Positions 19,325 to 30,032 of a DNA stretch of 64,000 nt are shown here, one piece after another. The DNA comes from an uncultured bacterium (GTDB lineage Bacteria; Planctomycetota; UBA1135; GCA-002686595). Location: NCBI GenBank assembly GCA_943787795.1, contig CALSNU010000001.1:256001-320000 (forward strand), in the 5' to 3' direction. The notes below the pieces were generated by a model. That model did no database searches, was not told the origin of the DNA, and saw only the letters and a program-made list of their open reading frames with translations. Numbering within the stretch: position 1 is the first letter of the stretch; each line of letters begins with the position of its first letter. The translations under genes and the position numbers were made by a program.

Positions 19325-20593
19325 TCAGCGGACGAGCAGGTCGGCCCAGTCGAGCCACAGCGTCCAGTCCTCGGGCAGCACGCTGTGGACGCCCTCTCGC
19401 ACGTGATACGCCGGCAGGGTCCCGACAAGGTCGCCCGTCTCGGGGAAGCCCTCGGTCTGGAAGTCGCCCACGCCGAAGAGCTCCCACGCGGGCGCGGCGG
19501 CCTCGACGGCTTGATACTCACCGAGGGGGTCCGCCCACTTGTCCTTGATGGCGGAGCAGACCAGGAGCGGTCGCGGGGCGATGAGCGCGAGGAGGAAGTG
19601 CTGGTCGAGGGGGAGGTGATCCTCACGATCCGCGAAGGACCAGAAGTCCTCTGTAAACCAGTAGCCGAGCACCCTCACGATCCGCTCGACGGTCTCACCG
19701 CGAGCGGGCCGTGAGAGGGCGGCGCCGCCGCAGCCCGAGTGGTTCGAGATGACGCCGGCGAAGCGCTCGTCATAGGCGCCGGCCACCAGGGCGGTCTTGC
19801 CGTTCCGGGAGTGGCCGTGCACTACGACCCGGTCCCCGTCGATCCTCGGGTTCTCGTCGAGGTGGTCGAGGGCGCGCGAGAGGCCCCAGGCCCAGGCGCG
19901 GAGGGTGCCCCAGCTGTTGGGGCCCTGGACCCCCGGCGCGGACTTGGCGCGGGGGCCGCGGATCCCGGCCTCCGTCGTCCAGGTGTCCGGGTCGATGTCG
20001 CCGTGGTAGATGGTCGCCATGGCCCAGCCCCTGGCGATGGCCTGGTCGTAGGCCCAGCGTTCGGCCTTCATGCCGCGCTGCGCATCGTTCGCCCTGCCGT
20101 CCTCGCCGCCGCGGCTGCCGGGCATCCACGACTCGCTGAGCAAGACCCGCGGGTCGTGGGTCGTGGCGTGGTTGCCAGAGAAGTTCAGCCCGAGGAAGCA
20201 GGGCGCGTCCTCCACGCCGACAGGCGAGACGATGAGGACGTCCATCGAGACGCCCTCGCCGAGGTGCAGGCGGACCTGCTCTCGCCAGGCCAAGCCATCC
20301 AGGGCGGAACCTTCCTCTAGGAGAACGGCGCGCACCTCTGGCGGCGCCCCGGGCGCGGTCCCGTAGACGTAGTGCTCGACCGTCCGGGCGATCTCGGGGC
20401 GGCGGGCTTCGAGCCAGTCGCGCTCGGTCTCGACTCGCTCTCCGGTGGAGAGGGTCAAGAGCTCGGGGAGGCCCGCCGTGGCCGGGAGGTCCATGGGGTC
20501 GGCGTAGGGCGTCTCCTGGTCGAGCTCCGGGAGCTTGAGGGGGGCGCTGCAAGCGAAGAGCACGCTCGCCCCCGCGAGCCATCGGGCCCTCAC
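19325..20593 (-). CDS. CE15-like (glucuronoyl esterase family) alpha/beta hydrolase, lipoprotein
   Basis: AWAWGLSRALD, nucleophile motif GHSRNGK, SGCGG, DQHFLLALIAPRPL, WADP.GE. GTG start at 20593 overlaps the upstream TGA. LFAC lipobox. Confidence 0.82.
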   Translation of the reverse strand: MRARWLAGASVLFACSAPLKLPELDQETPYADPMDLPATAGLPELLTLSTGERVETERDWLEARRPEIARTVEHYVYGTAPGAPPEVRAVLLEEGSALDGLAWREQVRLHLGEGVSMDVLIVSPVGVEDAPCFLGLNFSGNHATTHDPRVLLSESWMPGSRGGEDGRANDAQRGMKAERWAYDQAIARGWAMATIYHGDIDPDTWTTEAGIRGPRAKSAPGVQGPNSWGTLRAWAWGLSRALDHLDENPRIDGDRVVVHGHSRNGKTALVAGAYDERFAGVISNHSGCGGAALSRPARGETVERIVRVLGYWFTEDFWSFADREDHLPLDQHFLLALIAPRPLLVCSAIKDKWADPLGEYQAVEAAAPAWELFGVGDFQTEGFPETGDLVGTLPAYHVREGVHSVLPEDWTLWLDWADLLVR

Positions 20594-21582
20594 GAGGTCG
20601 CCCCGTCCGCGGGGTAGCGCAGTCCCCACTGGCCCCGGAGCTCGTCCAGGGTGCGCGCGATCTCGAGGGTCTCCTCCAGGGGGACCTCGGCGCACTCGAG
20701 CGCGCCGGCGGCCAGGGCCTCACCCACGGCCATCGCCTCGTGGGTGTAGCCGTTCCCAAGGTAGGGGTGGCGCTCCAGCTCGCCGTTGACGATCAGCTCC
20801 TGGGCCTGCCAAAAGTCGGGGACCTCGATGGAGCCCTCGGTGCCCGAGATCGTCACCCGGTGGGGCGTCTCGGTCCTGGTGGCCGACGACATGCGGGCCA
20901 GGGCGCCGGAGCCGTAGCGGAAGAGGTACGCCGACTGCTCGTCCACGCCGGTCTCCCCGATGTGGGCGGAGGAGTGGACCTCCAGTGGGGCGCTGCCGAA
21001 GACCATGCGCGCGTAGGCGACGCAGTAGATGCCGACGTCCAGCAGCGCGCCCCCGCCGAGCGCAGGGTCGAAGAGCCGGCCCTTGGGGTCGAGCTCCGTG
21101 CGGAAGCCGAAGTCGCCGTCGAGCTGGCGGGGTTCCCCGATGGCTCCGCTGGCGATGAGCGCCTGGACGCGCCGGGTCGCGGGGAGGAAGCGGGTCCACA
21201 TGGCCTCGCAGAGGAAGGTCCCCGCGCTGCGGGCCGCGGCGACCATCTCCTCGCCCTCCCGCGCGTTCATGGCGAAGGGCTTCTCGCAGAGGACCGCCTT
21301 CCCTCCGGCGATGCAGGCGAGCGTGTTCTCCCGGTGGAGGACGTGGGGGGTGGCGATGTAGGTCGCATCGACGTCCGGATCTCCAGCGAGCTCGTCGTAG
21401 GTGGCGTGCGCCCGGGCCGCGCCGTGCTCCCCGGCGAAGGCCTCGGCGGTCTGGCTTGACCGACTCCCGACGGCGACCAGCTCCCCGTTGTCCGCGGCGC
21501 GGAGCCCGAGCGCGAACTTCGCGGCGATGGTGCCCGTCCCCAGAATTCCCCAGCGCGTCTTCTCCAAAGCTCTCATCTCCAT
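20590..21582 (-). CDS. Gfo/Idh/MocA-family oxidoreductase
   Basis: WGILGTGTIA, YIATPH, LCEKPF, EAMWTRF, GGGALLDVGIY. Start is 21582 or 21576. Confidence 0.92.
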   Translation of the reverse strand: MEMRALEKTRWGILGTGTIAAKFALGLRAADNGELVAVGSRSSQTAEAFAGEHGAARAHATYDELAGDPDVDATYIATPHVLHRENTLACIAGGKAVLCEKPFAMNAREGEEMVAAARSAGTFLCEAMWTRFLPATRRVQALIASGAIGEPRQLDGDFGFRTELDPKGRLFDPALGGGALLDVGIYCVAYARMVFGSAPLEVHSSAHIGETGVDEQSAYLFRYGSGALARMSSATRTETPHRVTISGTEGSIEVPDFWQAQELIVNGELERHPYLGNGYTHEAMAVGEALAAGALECAEVPLEETLEIARTLDELRGQWGLRYPADGATS

Positions 21583-21705
21583 CCTCTGTTCATTCCTGTC
21601 CCTTGACCCGCGCCGATGATGCCTTGCCGGCGGACGTGAGGTCCAAGCCGCCAGGTCGATTCGCACGGCGTGGCGTGCGCCGAGCCGTGGCCGGCCCGTT
21701 CTGCC

Positions 21706-23148
21706 TCAGCCGAGCACTCCGCGGACCACGTCGCCCTCGACGTCGGTGAGGCGGTAGCGGCGGCCCTGGAAGCGGTAGGTGAGGCGCTCGTGGTCGATGC
21801 CGAGCAGGTGGAGGATGGTGGCCTGCAGGTCGTGGACGCTGACGCGGTCACGGGCGGCGCTGAAGCCGAACTCGTCGGTGGCGCCCCAGGTGGTGCCGGG
21901 CTTGATGCCGCCCCCGGCCATCCAGACCGTGAAGCCGTAGGGGTGGTGATCGCGGCCCTGGTTGGGGGCGCCGAGGATGCCCTGGCAGAAGGGCGTGCGC
22001 CCGAACTCGCCGCCCCAGACCACGAGGGTGTCCTCCAGGAGGCCGCGCTGCGCGAGGTCCTCCACCAGCGCCGCCGAGGGGGCGTCGGTGTCGGTGCACT
22101 GGATCTCGAGCTGGGTGTTGAGGTTGCGGTGCTGGTCCCAGCCGGCGTGCATGACCTGGACGAAGCGCGTGCCGCGCTCCACGAGGCGCCGGGCCATGAG
22201 GCAGTTGTAGGCGAAGGACCCCTTGCGCCGGACGTCGGGTCCGTAGGACTCCAGCACGTGCTCCGGCTCGGTGGAGAGGTCGGTGAGCTCCGGCACCGAG
22301 GTCTGCATGCGGTACGCCATCTCGTACTGGGCGATGCGGGTGCGGATCTCGGGGTCGCCCACCTCCTGGGCCCGCTTCTCGTTGAGGGCCGCGAGGTCGT
22401 CGAGCATGCGGCGGCGCAGGCCGCGGTCGATGCCCTTGGGATCCTTCAGGTACAGGACCGGGTCGCCGGTGCCCCGGAACTTCACGCCCTGGTGGACCGT
22501 GGGGAGGAAGCCGCTGCCCCAGTAGAAGTCGTAGAAGATCTGGCCGCAGGAGGCCTCCTTGTCCCGGGAGGTCATGGCCACAAACGCCGGCACATCGTCG
22601 GACATGCGCCCGAGCCCGTAGGAGAGCCACGCGCCCATGGTCGGCCGGCCCGCCTGCTCCGCGCCGGTCATGAAGTAGGTGATGGCCGGGGCGTGGTTCA
22701 CCTGGGTGGTGTGCATCGACTTCACGAAGCACAGCCGGTCCGCGATGGCCGCGGTACGCGGCAGGAAGCTCGAGACCGTGGCGCCGCTCTCCCCGTGGCG
22801 GGCGAAGTCGGGGAGCTCCCCGAGCATGGCCCGGGAGGTCTGCCCGTCGAGCATGGTGCTGAAGCGCTTGCCCCCGGCCACGGAGTCGGGGATCGGCTCC
22901 CCGTGGCGCTGGCGCAGGATCGGCTTCCAGTCGAACAGGTCCACGTGGGACGGGGCGCCGTTCTGGAACAGGTAGATCACCCGCTTCGCCTTGGGCGCGA
23001 AGTGGGGCAGGGCAGGGAGCGCCTCCTGGGCCGAGGCCTCGCGGCCCAGCAGCCCGCCGAGGGCGAGGCCGCCCAGCCCGAGGGAGGCGTCCCTCAGGAG
23101 GGCGCGGCGGGTGAGGTCCGCGCGCAGCTCGACGTCGGGGTCGTTCAT
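21706..23148 (-). CDS. DUF1501 domain protein (Tat signal)
   Basis: TRRALL twin-Arg leader, [44 protein letters not shown] overlap with the upstream gene. Confidence 0.9.
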   Translation of the reverse strand: MNDPDVELRADLTRRALLRDASLGLGGLALGGLLGREASAQEALPALPHFAPKAKRVIYLFQNGAPSHVDLFDWKPILRQRHGEPIPDSVAGGKRFSTMLDGQTSRAMLGELPDFARHGESGATVSSFLPRTAAIADRLCFVKSMHTTQVNHAPAITYFMTGAEQAGRPTMGAWLSYGLGRMSDDVPAFVAMTSRDKEASCGQIFYDFYWGSGFLPTVHQGVKFRGTGDPVLYLKDPKGIDRGLRRRMLDDLAALNEKRAQEVGDPEIRTRIAQYEMAYRMQTSVPELTDLSTEPEHVLESYGPDVRRKGSFAYNCLMARRLVERGTRFVQVMHAGWDQHRNLNTQLEIQCTDTDAPSAALVEDLAQRGLLEDTLVVWGGEFGRTPFCQGILGAPNQGRDHHPYGFTVWMAGGGIKPGTTWGATDEFGFSAARDRVSVHDLQATILHLLGIDHERLTYRFQGRRYRLTDVEGDVVRGVLG

Positions 23149-26100
23149 GGCCGGCAGAGGACCTCGTCCAGGTTGAGGATGATGGAGCACACGACCGTCA
23201 TGGCCGCGTGCACGTCGACGGCCAGGCCCTCGGCGGCGGGCGCTGCGCCGGCGGCCACCAGCTCGGCGGCGTCGCCAAGGTGAAAGGCGAAGTGGACCTG
23301 CTCCGCGCGGAAGCGCTCGAGCAGCACCCCGAGCTCGGCGGCGTCCGGCTCTCGCGCGGTGGCGGCGCGGAAGGCCCGGCGGACCGAGGCGCGGGCCTCC
23401 TCGTCGCTGATGGACGTGTCGCCCCCGTGGGCGAGCTCGCCGGGGGGCGCGGTGGGCACCGGCGCGAGGACCCGAGCGGCGAAGCAGCGCGCGGCCTCCA
23501 CGTACCCCGTCTCGTTCAGGGTGGTGAGGGCGTGTAGCGGCGTGTTGGTCACCGAGCGGCCCACCTCGCAGACCTGCCGCTTGGAGGTGTCGAAGAAGAA
23601 CGTGGGGCGCACGATCCGGCGCCAGAACACGTAGAGGCTCCGGCGATAGAGGGCGGACCCCGTGTCCTGCTGGTAGCGGATGGTGCCGAAGGTGGCCTCG
23701 GCCCACACGCCGTCCGGCTGGTAGGGCCGCACGGGCGCGCCGCCGAGCTCGGGCTCGAGCAGCCCGGCGAGGGCGAGGGCCTGGTCGCGGAGCATCCACG
23801 AGGGCAGGCGCGTGCGGGAGGCGCGCGCGAGCCGCTCGTTGTGGGGGTCGTCCTGGAAGCCGGTGCCCGCGGCGCTGGCGGAGCGGCGGTAGGCGCTGCT
23901 GGTGACGATGAGGCGGTGCAGCTGCTTCACGTCCCAGCCGCTGCGCACGAACTCGGTGGCGAGCCAGTCGAGGAGCTCGGGGTGGGTGGGCGCGGCGCTC
24001 TGGCGCCCGAAGTCCCCGGGGCTCGCCACGAGCCCGCGCCCCATGAGGGTCTGCCAGGCGCGGTTCACGGCGACGCGGGCGGTGAGGGGGTTCGCCGGGT
24101 CGACGATCCAGCGGGCGAGGCCGAGGCGGTCCCGCGGCGCGCTGGAGGGGAAGGGCGGCAGGAAGGCGGGCGTGTCCGGGACCACGTCCTCCATGGGCTC
24201 GAGGTAGCTCCCGCGGCGCAGCACGCGAGTGGTGCGCCGGCGATCCTCGGGCAGGTGGTCCATGACCATCACCGGCAGGGCCGCGCCGCGCAGCCCGGCG
24301 GCCTCCGCCTCGAGGGCGTCGAGACGCTCGGATCGTGTGGACCAGTCCGGATCGTGCTCCGCGCGGAAGCGGGTGCGGATCTGGGTGGGCGATGCGGCGA
24401 AGAGGCCGAGGTCGAGCCCCTCCACCTCTTCCCCGACGAGCTTGAAGTAGATGCCGCTCCGGCCGCCCGTGTTGACGATCTTGATCAGCAGGTCGTTCGG
24501 GCCCTGGGCGAGATCGATCACGACCCGCTCCTGATCGGGCTCCGCGCCGCGGGCCACGTTCTTCGCGAGGACCTCGGCGCCGTTGACCCACACCTTGATG
24601 GCGTCGTCGGAGCCCAGGGAGAGCTCCGCGCGCCGGGCGGAGGGGGCCGCGATCTCCCGGCGGAAGTACATGGCCGCCACCTGCGGCGTGGACTCGTGCA
24701 CCTCGCCGTCCACCAGCTCGGGCGCGTCCGTGTACTGCGCCGCCTCGGCGTCCGCGGGGGCGCCGGGCTCCGGTGCGAACGGGCGATCGAAGAGGGTGCC
24801 CGGGCCGCCGGCGCCGGGGAGGTCGGCGCCGGGGAGGTAGGGGCCGGAGGTGCGCCACACGCCGAGGTCCGAAGGGCGGGCCAGCGCGGGCTCGCGCTCC
24901 ATGCGTGCCTGCCACGCTGCGACCCAGCGGGCCTCGGCCGCGTCCAGCTCGGCGTCGGGCGCGAGGCGCGCGGCCTCGAGCTCGGCGGTCTCCGCTGCGA
25001 TGGCGTCGAGGCGGGCGCGGCCCTCCGCGTCGATGTAGGCGAGGGTCGGCGCCGCGCGGCCCCCCTGGATCCGACCGGACTCGGAGGTCTGGTTGAAGAA
25101 GTCGTAGAGCTGGAAGTACTCGCGCTGGGAGATCGGGTCGTAGCGGTGGTCGTGGCAGCGGGCGCAGCCGACGGTGAGCCCGAGCCAGGTGGTGGCGGTG
25201 GTCTCCACCCGGTCGAACACGTTCTCCGTGCGCGTCTCCTCCGCGATCCGGCCGCCCTCGCCGTTGTACATGTGGTTGCGGTTGAACGCGGAGGCGAGCA
25301 CCTCTTCGGGCGTCGCGTCCGGGAGCAGGTCGCCGGCCAGCAGCTCGACCGTGAGCCGGTCGAAGGGGACGTTGCGGTTGAGGGCGTCCACCAGCCAGTC
25401 GCGCCAGGGCCACATGGAGCGGGTGGGGTCCGCCTGGTAGCCGTCGGTGTCGGAGTAGCGCGCGGCGTCCAGCCACTCCCAGGCCATGCGCTCCCCGTAG
25501 GCGGGGCTCGCCAGCAGGCGATCCACCGCCCGCTCGAACCGGTCGTCCCAGGGGGACTCTAGGTAGGCCTCGAGGGCCTCGGGGGTGGGGGGGAGGCCCG
25601 TGAGGTCCAGGGTCACCCGCCGCAGGAGGGCGCCGGGGGCCGCCTCGGGGGCCGGAGCGATGCCGTCGCGCTCGAGCGCCGCCAGGACGAAGCGGTCGAT
25701 GGCGCCGCGGGAGCCTGTGCCGGGAGAATCAGCGCCGGGGGGGAGGAGGGGGGGCGTCGGGCGCGCGGGCGGCACGAAGGCCCAGTGCTCGTCCCAGCGG
25801 GCGCCCTCCTGGATCCAGCGCTCGAGCAGCTGGACCTCCTCCTCGCTCAGGGCGTAGTTGGAGTCCGGGGGCGGCATCTGCTCCTCGGGGAACTCCGAGC
25901 GGATGCGGGCGGCCAGCTCGCTCGCCTCCAGGTCCCCGGGGACCAGCGCGGGGAAGCCGTCCCGGTCGGCGAAGGCGTGCTCCTTCAGGTCCAGGCGGAG
26001 GCCAGCCTGGCGCCCCGCCCCGTCCGGACCGTGGCACGCGTAGCAGCGGTCCGAGAGGATCGGCAGCACGTCCCGGGCGAAGTCCACGGGCGCGGGGTCT

Positions 26101-26162
26101 TCGTCCACACCAGCCCCTGCCAAGGGGAGGAGCAGAGAGAGGAAGACGAGCGCCGGAGGCAT
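23145..26162 (-). CDS. planctomycete cytochrome c + DUF1549 + DUF1553 (PSD1) protein with a PA14-like insert
   Basis: [34 protein letters not shown], second heme motif [26 protein letters not shown]. Insert GSDDAIKVWVNG..GPNDLLIKI. Confidence 0.9.
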   Translation of the reverse strand: MPPALVFLSLLLPLAGAGVDEDPAPVDFARDVLPILSDRCYACHGPDGAGRQAGLRLDLKEHAFADRDGFPALVPGDLEASELAARIRSEFPEEQMPPPDSNYALSEEEVQLLERWIQEGARWDEHWAFVPPARPTPPLLPPGADSPGTGSRGAIDRFVLAALERDGIAPAPEAAPGALLRRVTLDLTGLPPTPEALEAYLESPWDDRFERAVDRLLASPAYGERMAWEWLDAARYSDTDGYQADPTRSMWPWRDWLVDALNRNVPFDRLTVELLAGDLLPDATPEEVLASAFNRNHMYNGEGGRIAEETRTENVFDRVETTATTWLGLTVGCARCHDHRYDPISQREYFQLYDFFNQTSESGRIQGGRAAPTLAYIDAEGRARLDAIAAETAELEAARLAPDAELDAAEARWVAAWQARMEREPALARPSDLGVWRTSGPYLPGADLPGAGGPGTLFDRPFAPEPGAPADAEAAQYTDAPELVDGEVHESTPQVAAMYFRREIAAPSARRAELSLGSDDAIKVWVNGAEVLAKNVARGAEPDQERVVIDLAQGPNDLLIKIVNTGGRSGIYFKLVGEEVEGLDLGLFAASPTQIRTRFRAEHDPDWSTRSERLDALEAEAAGLRGAALPVMVMDHLPEDRRRTTRVLRRGSYLEPMEDVVPDTPAFLPPFPSSAPRDRLGLARWIVDPANPLTARVAVNRAWQTLMGRGLVASPGDFGRQSAAPTHPELLDWLATEFVRSGWDVKQLHRLIVTSSAYRRSASAAGTGFQDDPHNERLARASRTRLPSWMLRDQALALAGLLEPELGGAPVRPYQPDGVWAEATFGTIRYQQDTGSALYRRSLYVFWRRIVRPTFFFDTSKRQVCEVGRSVTNTPLHALTTLNETGYVEAARCFAARVLAPVPTAPPGELAHGGDTSISDEEARASVRRAFRAATAREPDAAELGVLLERFRAEQVHFAFHLGDAAELVAAGAAPAAEGLAVDVHAAMTVVCSIILNLDEVLCRP

Positions 26163-26235
26163 ACACCCATGCTACCGGGCGGCTCCCCGTTCGGGCGCAG
26201 CTGCCGGGTTCGCGCTCGATCCGATACCCTCGGTC

Positions 26236-27923
26236 ATGCTCCGCGCCGCCCTCCTGCTGTCCGCGTCCGTCGCCCTCGCCGCTGCTCCTGTCCACGGGCC
26301 CGCCGCGAACGGGCCGGGTGAAGGGGCCCCCGCCGCTCAACGTGCTCTGGCTCTCGGTGGAGGACATGAGCCCGTGGATCGGCGCCTACGGGGACCGCAC
26401 CGTGCCGACGCCGAACCTCGACGCCTTCGCCGCCGAGGCCCTGCGCTACGACAACGCCTTCGCCGACACCCCCGGTGTGCGCACCGGCCCGCACCGCGCT
26501 CATCACGGGGATGTACCCCACGCGCATCGGTGCCATGCACATGCGGGTGCGCTCCCGCAGCAAGTCCGCGGGGGACGAGGCCTACGGCGACCTGCCCCTC
26601 TACGAGGCCGTGCCGCCGCCCTTCGTGCGCTGCTTCCCCGAGCAGCTGCGCCTCGCCGGCTACCACACCACCAACAGCTCCAAGACGGACTACCAGTTCG
26701 TGGCACCGCCGGCGGTGTGGAATGCCTCGTCGCGCAAGGCGAGCTACGCGGGCCGGCCCGCGGATGCCCCCTTCTTCGCGGTCTTCAACCACACGGGTAC
26801 CCACGAGAGCCAGGCCTTCCCCGAGGCCCGCCAGCGTCCGAGCGCGGTGGCCCTCGAGGACGTGCCGATCCCGCCGATCTACCCGGATACGCCGACGGTG
26901 CGCGACGCCATGAAGCGCACCTACGACAACATCGCCGCCATGGACGCGTGGTTCGGCAAGCAGCTCAAGAGGCTCGAGAGCGCCGGGCTCGCGGACTCCA
27001 CCGTGGTGTTCTTCTTCTCCGACCACGGGGTGGGGCTGCCCCGGGGCAAGCGCTCGGTCTACGGGACGGGGACCCGCGTGCCGCTCCTGGTGCGCTTCCC
27101 GGAGGGGCGCTGGCCCGAGGGGCTCGCCCCCGGCACGGCCACCGATCGCCTGGTGAGCTTCATCGACTTCGGGCCGACGGTCCTGAGCCTCGCGGGCGTC
27201 GAGCCGGACCAGCGCCTGGACGGCCGCGCCTTCCTGGGCGAGTTCGAGGCGCCGCCGCGGGAGCACGTCTTCCTGCACGCGGACCGCTTCGACGCGGCGC
27301 GGGACCGGACCCGCGCGGTCACCGACGGGCGTCGGCTGGTGGTGTGGAACCTCATGCCCGAGGTGCCGCACCTGATCGCCAACGCCTACCGCGAGCGCAT
27401 CCCCATGACCCGGGACCTCTATGACCTGCGGGATGGTGGCTCCCGCGCCTCCACCCGCACCCCCGCCCAGTGGCAGACGGGCTCGAGCCGCCGCCCGGAG
27501 GTGGAGTGGTACGACCGGGCGGACGACCCCTGGGAGGTGCGCGACCTGCACGGCGTCCCCCTGTCCGCGGAGGGACGCGGGGCCTTCGAGGCCCTCGAGG
27601 TCGCCATGGAGGCATGGATGAAGAGCACGGATGACCTCGGCCTGATCGAGCCCGAGACGCGGATGGTCCATGAGCGCCTCTGGGGCGGCGAGACCCAGCC
27701 GGTCACCGCCTCTCCCGACCCCATGCCCCTCTCCACCGGCGGGCTTATCGGGTTCGACTGCCCGACGGAGGGCGCCTCCATCGCCTTCCGCTTCGGCGAC
27801 TCAAAGGGGTGGACGCCCTTCGGCGGCGAGCCCGTCGAGATCCCGCCCGGCGCGACCCGGGTGCAGGCGGTGGCCCACCGCATCGGCTTCAAGCGCTCCG
27901 ACGTGGTGACGCGCGAGCTTTAA
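26236..27923 (+). CDS. secreted Cys-type sulfatase, split by two frameshifts (~26325 and ~26470)
   Basis: Signal peptide in frame 1, NVLWLSVEDMS..TPNLD in frame 2, CAPAR (CxPxR), SDHG and KRSVY in frame 3. Both shifts lie at G/C runs. Confidence 0.85.
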
Positions 27924-28219
27924 GCCACGCCAGTTCTTCTATCGAACCTTGGTCCGAGTCCGTCATCGGCTTCCGGACAGTCGGGCGCGGATCCGCAGCG
28001 TCGAGGGACGGCTCGAACCCGACAGGGCGGCACGGATCGAGGGTGATAAGCGATCCAAGCTCCGACTTGGCGGAGCATGGGATCCTGCGGGAGACTCGAA
28101 GGCCCGTGCGACGGGCGGCCCAGGGAAGGGCCGCCCGCTTCTACCGAGAATGGCGATCGCGCTGGGCTGTGGAAGACCGAACTTCGCACTCCGCAGAGGA
28201 GCCCCGCACCTGATGCCCG

Positions 28220-29680
28220 TCAGTCCACCCGCTTCACGTCGGGCATCTTCCAGCTCCTGTCGAAGTACGACTCGAGCGGGCCGTAGAGGCGGAGGTAGAC
28301 GAAGAAGCCCTTCTCAGGATTCGACTCGATCCAGTTGTTCTCGTAGCCCGCGGGCGGGCTGCCGCCGATGATGACCTTCGTGCTCCCGTCAGGCTCGACC
28401 TTCAGCCCGCTCTGAACCGAGCTGATGTCGGACTTCCCCTGATCGTTCTGGATCAGGGTTCGGGTGTCGTTGTCATAGACCGTGATGGACCAGAACTGCT
28501 TGGCCGGCGAGTCCTTCGGAACGACCACCTCGTACTGGTGTCGGCCGTCGAGCCACTCACCCTCAGCATCCTGATACGCGCCGAGGTACTGTGAGCCAGC
28601 GCCCACGTTCTTCAGCACCATCGCCTTCGACGTCGTGATCGCCTCGTAGGCGTAGGCCCCGATCTCCATCGTCTCGTAGTAGCCCGGCGCGACATGGTCC
28701 AGATGGTTCATGTTCAGCACATACAGCCAGCTCCGGTCGGGCCAGTGCTTCTCCTTGACGGCATCCCGGCTGAAGCTGTTCACCATCGCGGCGGCGTTGC
28801 CGATCTCAGCGGCCTCGATGAGGAGTCGGGTCTGGCGCTCATCGGGCTCGAAGGGCTGCCCCTTCTCCATCCCGAGGCGCCGCATCTGGGTCAGGATGAA
28901 CCGGTTCCGGTCGACGACCGGCTCGTTCTGCAGCACCCGGTTCAGATCCTGCCAGTACTCCATGCCCCGCGACTGATCCCCCATCCACGTGGGCGACGAG
29001 GTCGCGTCGATGAACTTCTGGCCCCCGGGCTTCGCGCCGACGGCGTGGATCTGGTGCCCGTTCAAGACCGCCTTGTAGGCATCCCCCTCGAGGCCGATGA
29101 TCCGGCTGCCGATGAAGACGAGGTTGCTGCTGGACGACACGACGAAGTCGGCGTCGTGCTCCTCGGGGATCACGGACTCAGGGCCGACCATCAGGTAACG
29201 ACCGCCCTTTCCCTGGTCGGGCCCGACGACGCCGAGGTCCGCCTGCGGCGCCTGATAGATGTCGATGATCATGCCGCCGATCGGTCCCGCCGGCATGTCG
29301 AGGTAGTAGTTGCCCTCCGACAGATCGAGGAAGGTGAGCACGTAGGGCGTGGTCGTGTTGGCGGTCAGGATCGGGATCTTCTGATCGCGCTCCTCGTAGA
29401 TCAGCCAATCCCCGTACTCCGCCTCCTTCAGGAAGCCCGCACGCCACCGCTCGAGGCCGACGATCGGCAGCGCGTACTCGTGGGCCGAGATGGCCTGCGC
29501 GCGCAGCTGCTCGTCGCGAACAGGTTCCACGAGCGCCTGCTCGAGGTAGCCGTTGTCTTCGAACTTGATGGCGAGACTCTTGGGCGTCCCGGACGGGGCG
29601 CCGTTCAGCGACGCACAAGAAGCGCCCAGGGCGGCGGCCAGCAAGGCCAGCGGAAGGGGGAGGGTGTTGAGTGACGGCAT
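28220..29680 (-). CDS. DUF1254/DUF1214 lipoprotein
   Basis: GASC lipobox, LTANTTTPY, GPDQGKGGRYL, GAGSQYL, FWSITVYD, LRLYGP..W.MPD. Confidence 0.85.
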   Translation of the reverse strand: MPSLNTLPLPLALLAAALGASCASLNGAPSGTPKSLAIKFEDNGYLEQALVEPVRDEQLRAQAISAHEYALPIVGLERWRAGFLKEAEYGDWLIYEERDQKIPILTANTTTPYVLTFLDLSEGNYYLDMPAGPIGGMIIDIYQAPQADLGVVGPDQGKGGRYLMVGPESVIPEEHDADFVVSSSSNLVFIGSRIIGLEGDAYKAVLNGHQIHAVGAKPGGQKFIDATSSPTWMGDQSRGMEYWQDLNRVLQNEPVVDRNRFILTQMRRLGMEKGQPFEPDERQTRLLIEAAEIGNAAAMVNSFSRDAVKEKHWPDRSWLYVLNMNHLDHVAPGYYETMEIGAYAYEAITTSKAMVLKNVGAGSQYLGAYQDAEGEWLDGRHQYEVVVPKDSPAKQFWSITVYDNDTRTLIQNDQGKSDISSVQSGLKVEPDGSTKVIIGGSPPAGYENNWIESNPEKGFFVYLRLYGPLESYFDRSWKMPDVKRVD

Positions 29681-30032
29681 GGATGTTCCTTCTGTTGGGG
29701 TGGGGAGCCGCGCGCTCTGCTCATCGGCTGAGCACTTCACGGATCCGCTCCACCGGCTGGATTGAGGGCGAAGAGTATGAGGGATTGAGCGCGGGCCGAC
29801 AATGCAGACTCACGTCCAGCGGATGAGCGGTCCGAGCTGCCCGCTGCTGACGGACGGGGCGGGGCAGGGGGGCCTTGGGAACGATGGGGGACGGATGGCG
29901 CGAGTGGGCTGGGGCGGTGAGGAGCGAGCCCTGAGCCCATCAAGACGCCGCTCGCTCGTGGCCGTGGCTGTCCCAAGGCCCGAGCTCCCTTATGCGCTGG
30001 AGCCCAGGACGTGAACGTGGTGTGATCGCGCC

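Noticed and set aside
21706..25476. 1256-aa ORF suggesting a giant DUF1501 fusion
   Set aside because: The first ~775 aa are Arg/Gly/Pro-rich off-frame text overlapping the cytochrome gene; the real start is the ATGA at 23148.
27924..28219. Hairpin GATCC..GCTCCG-ACTTGG-CGGAGC..GGATC as a possible ncRNA
   Set aside because: Short imperfect stem between convergent genes with no recognisable RNA family features.
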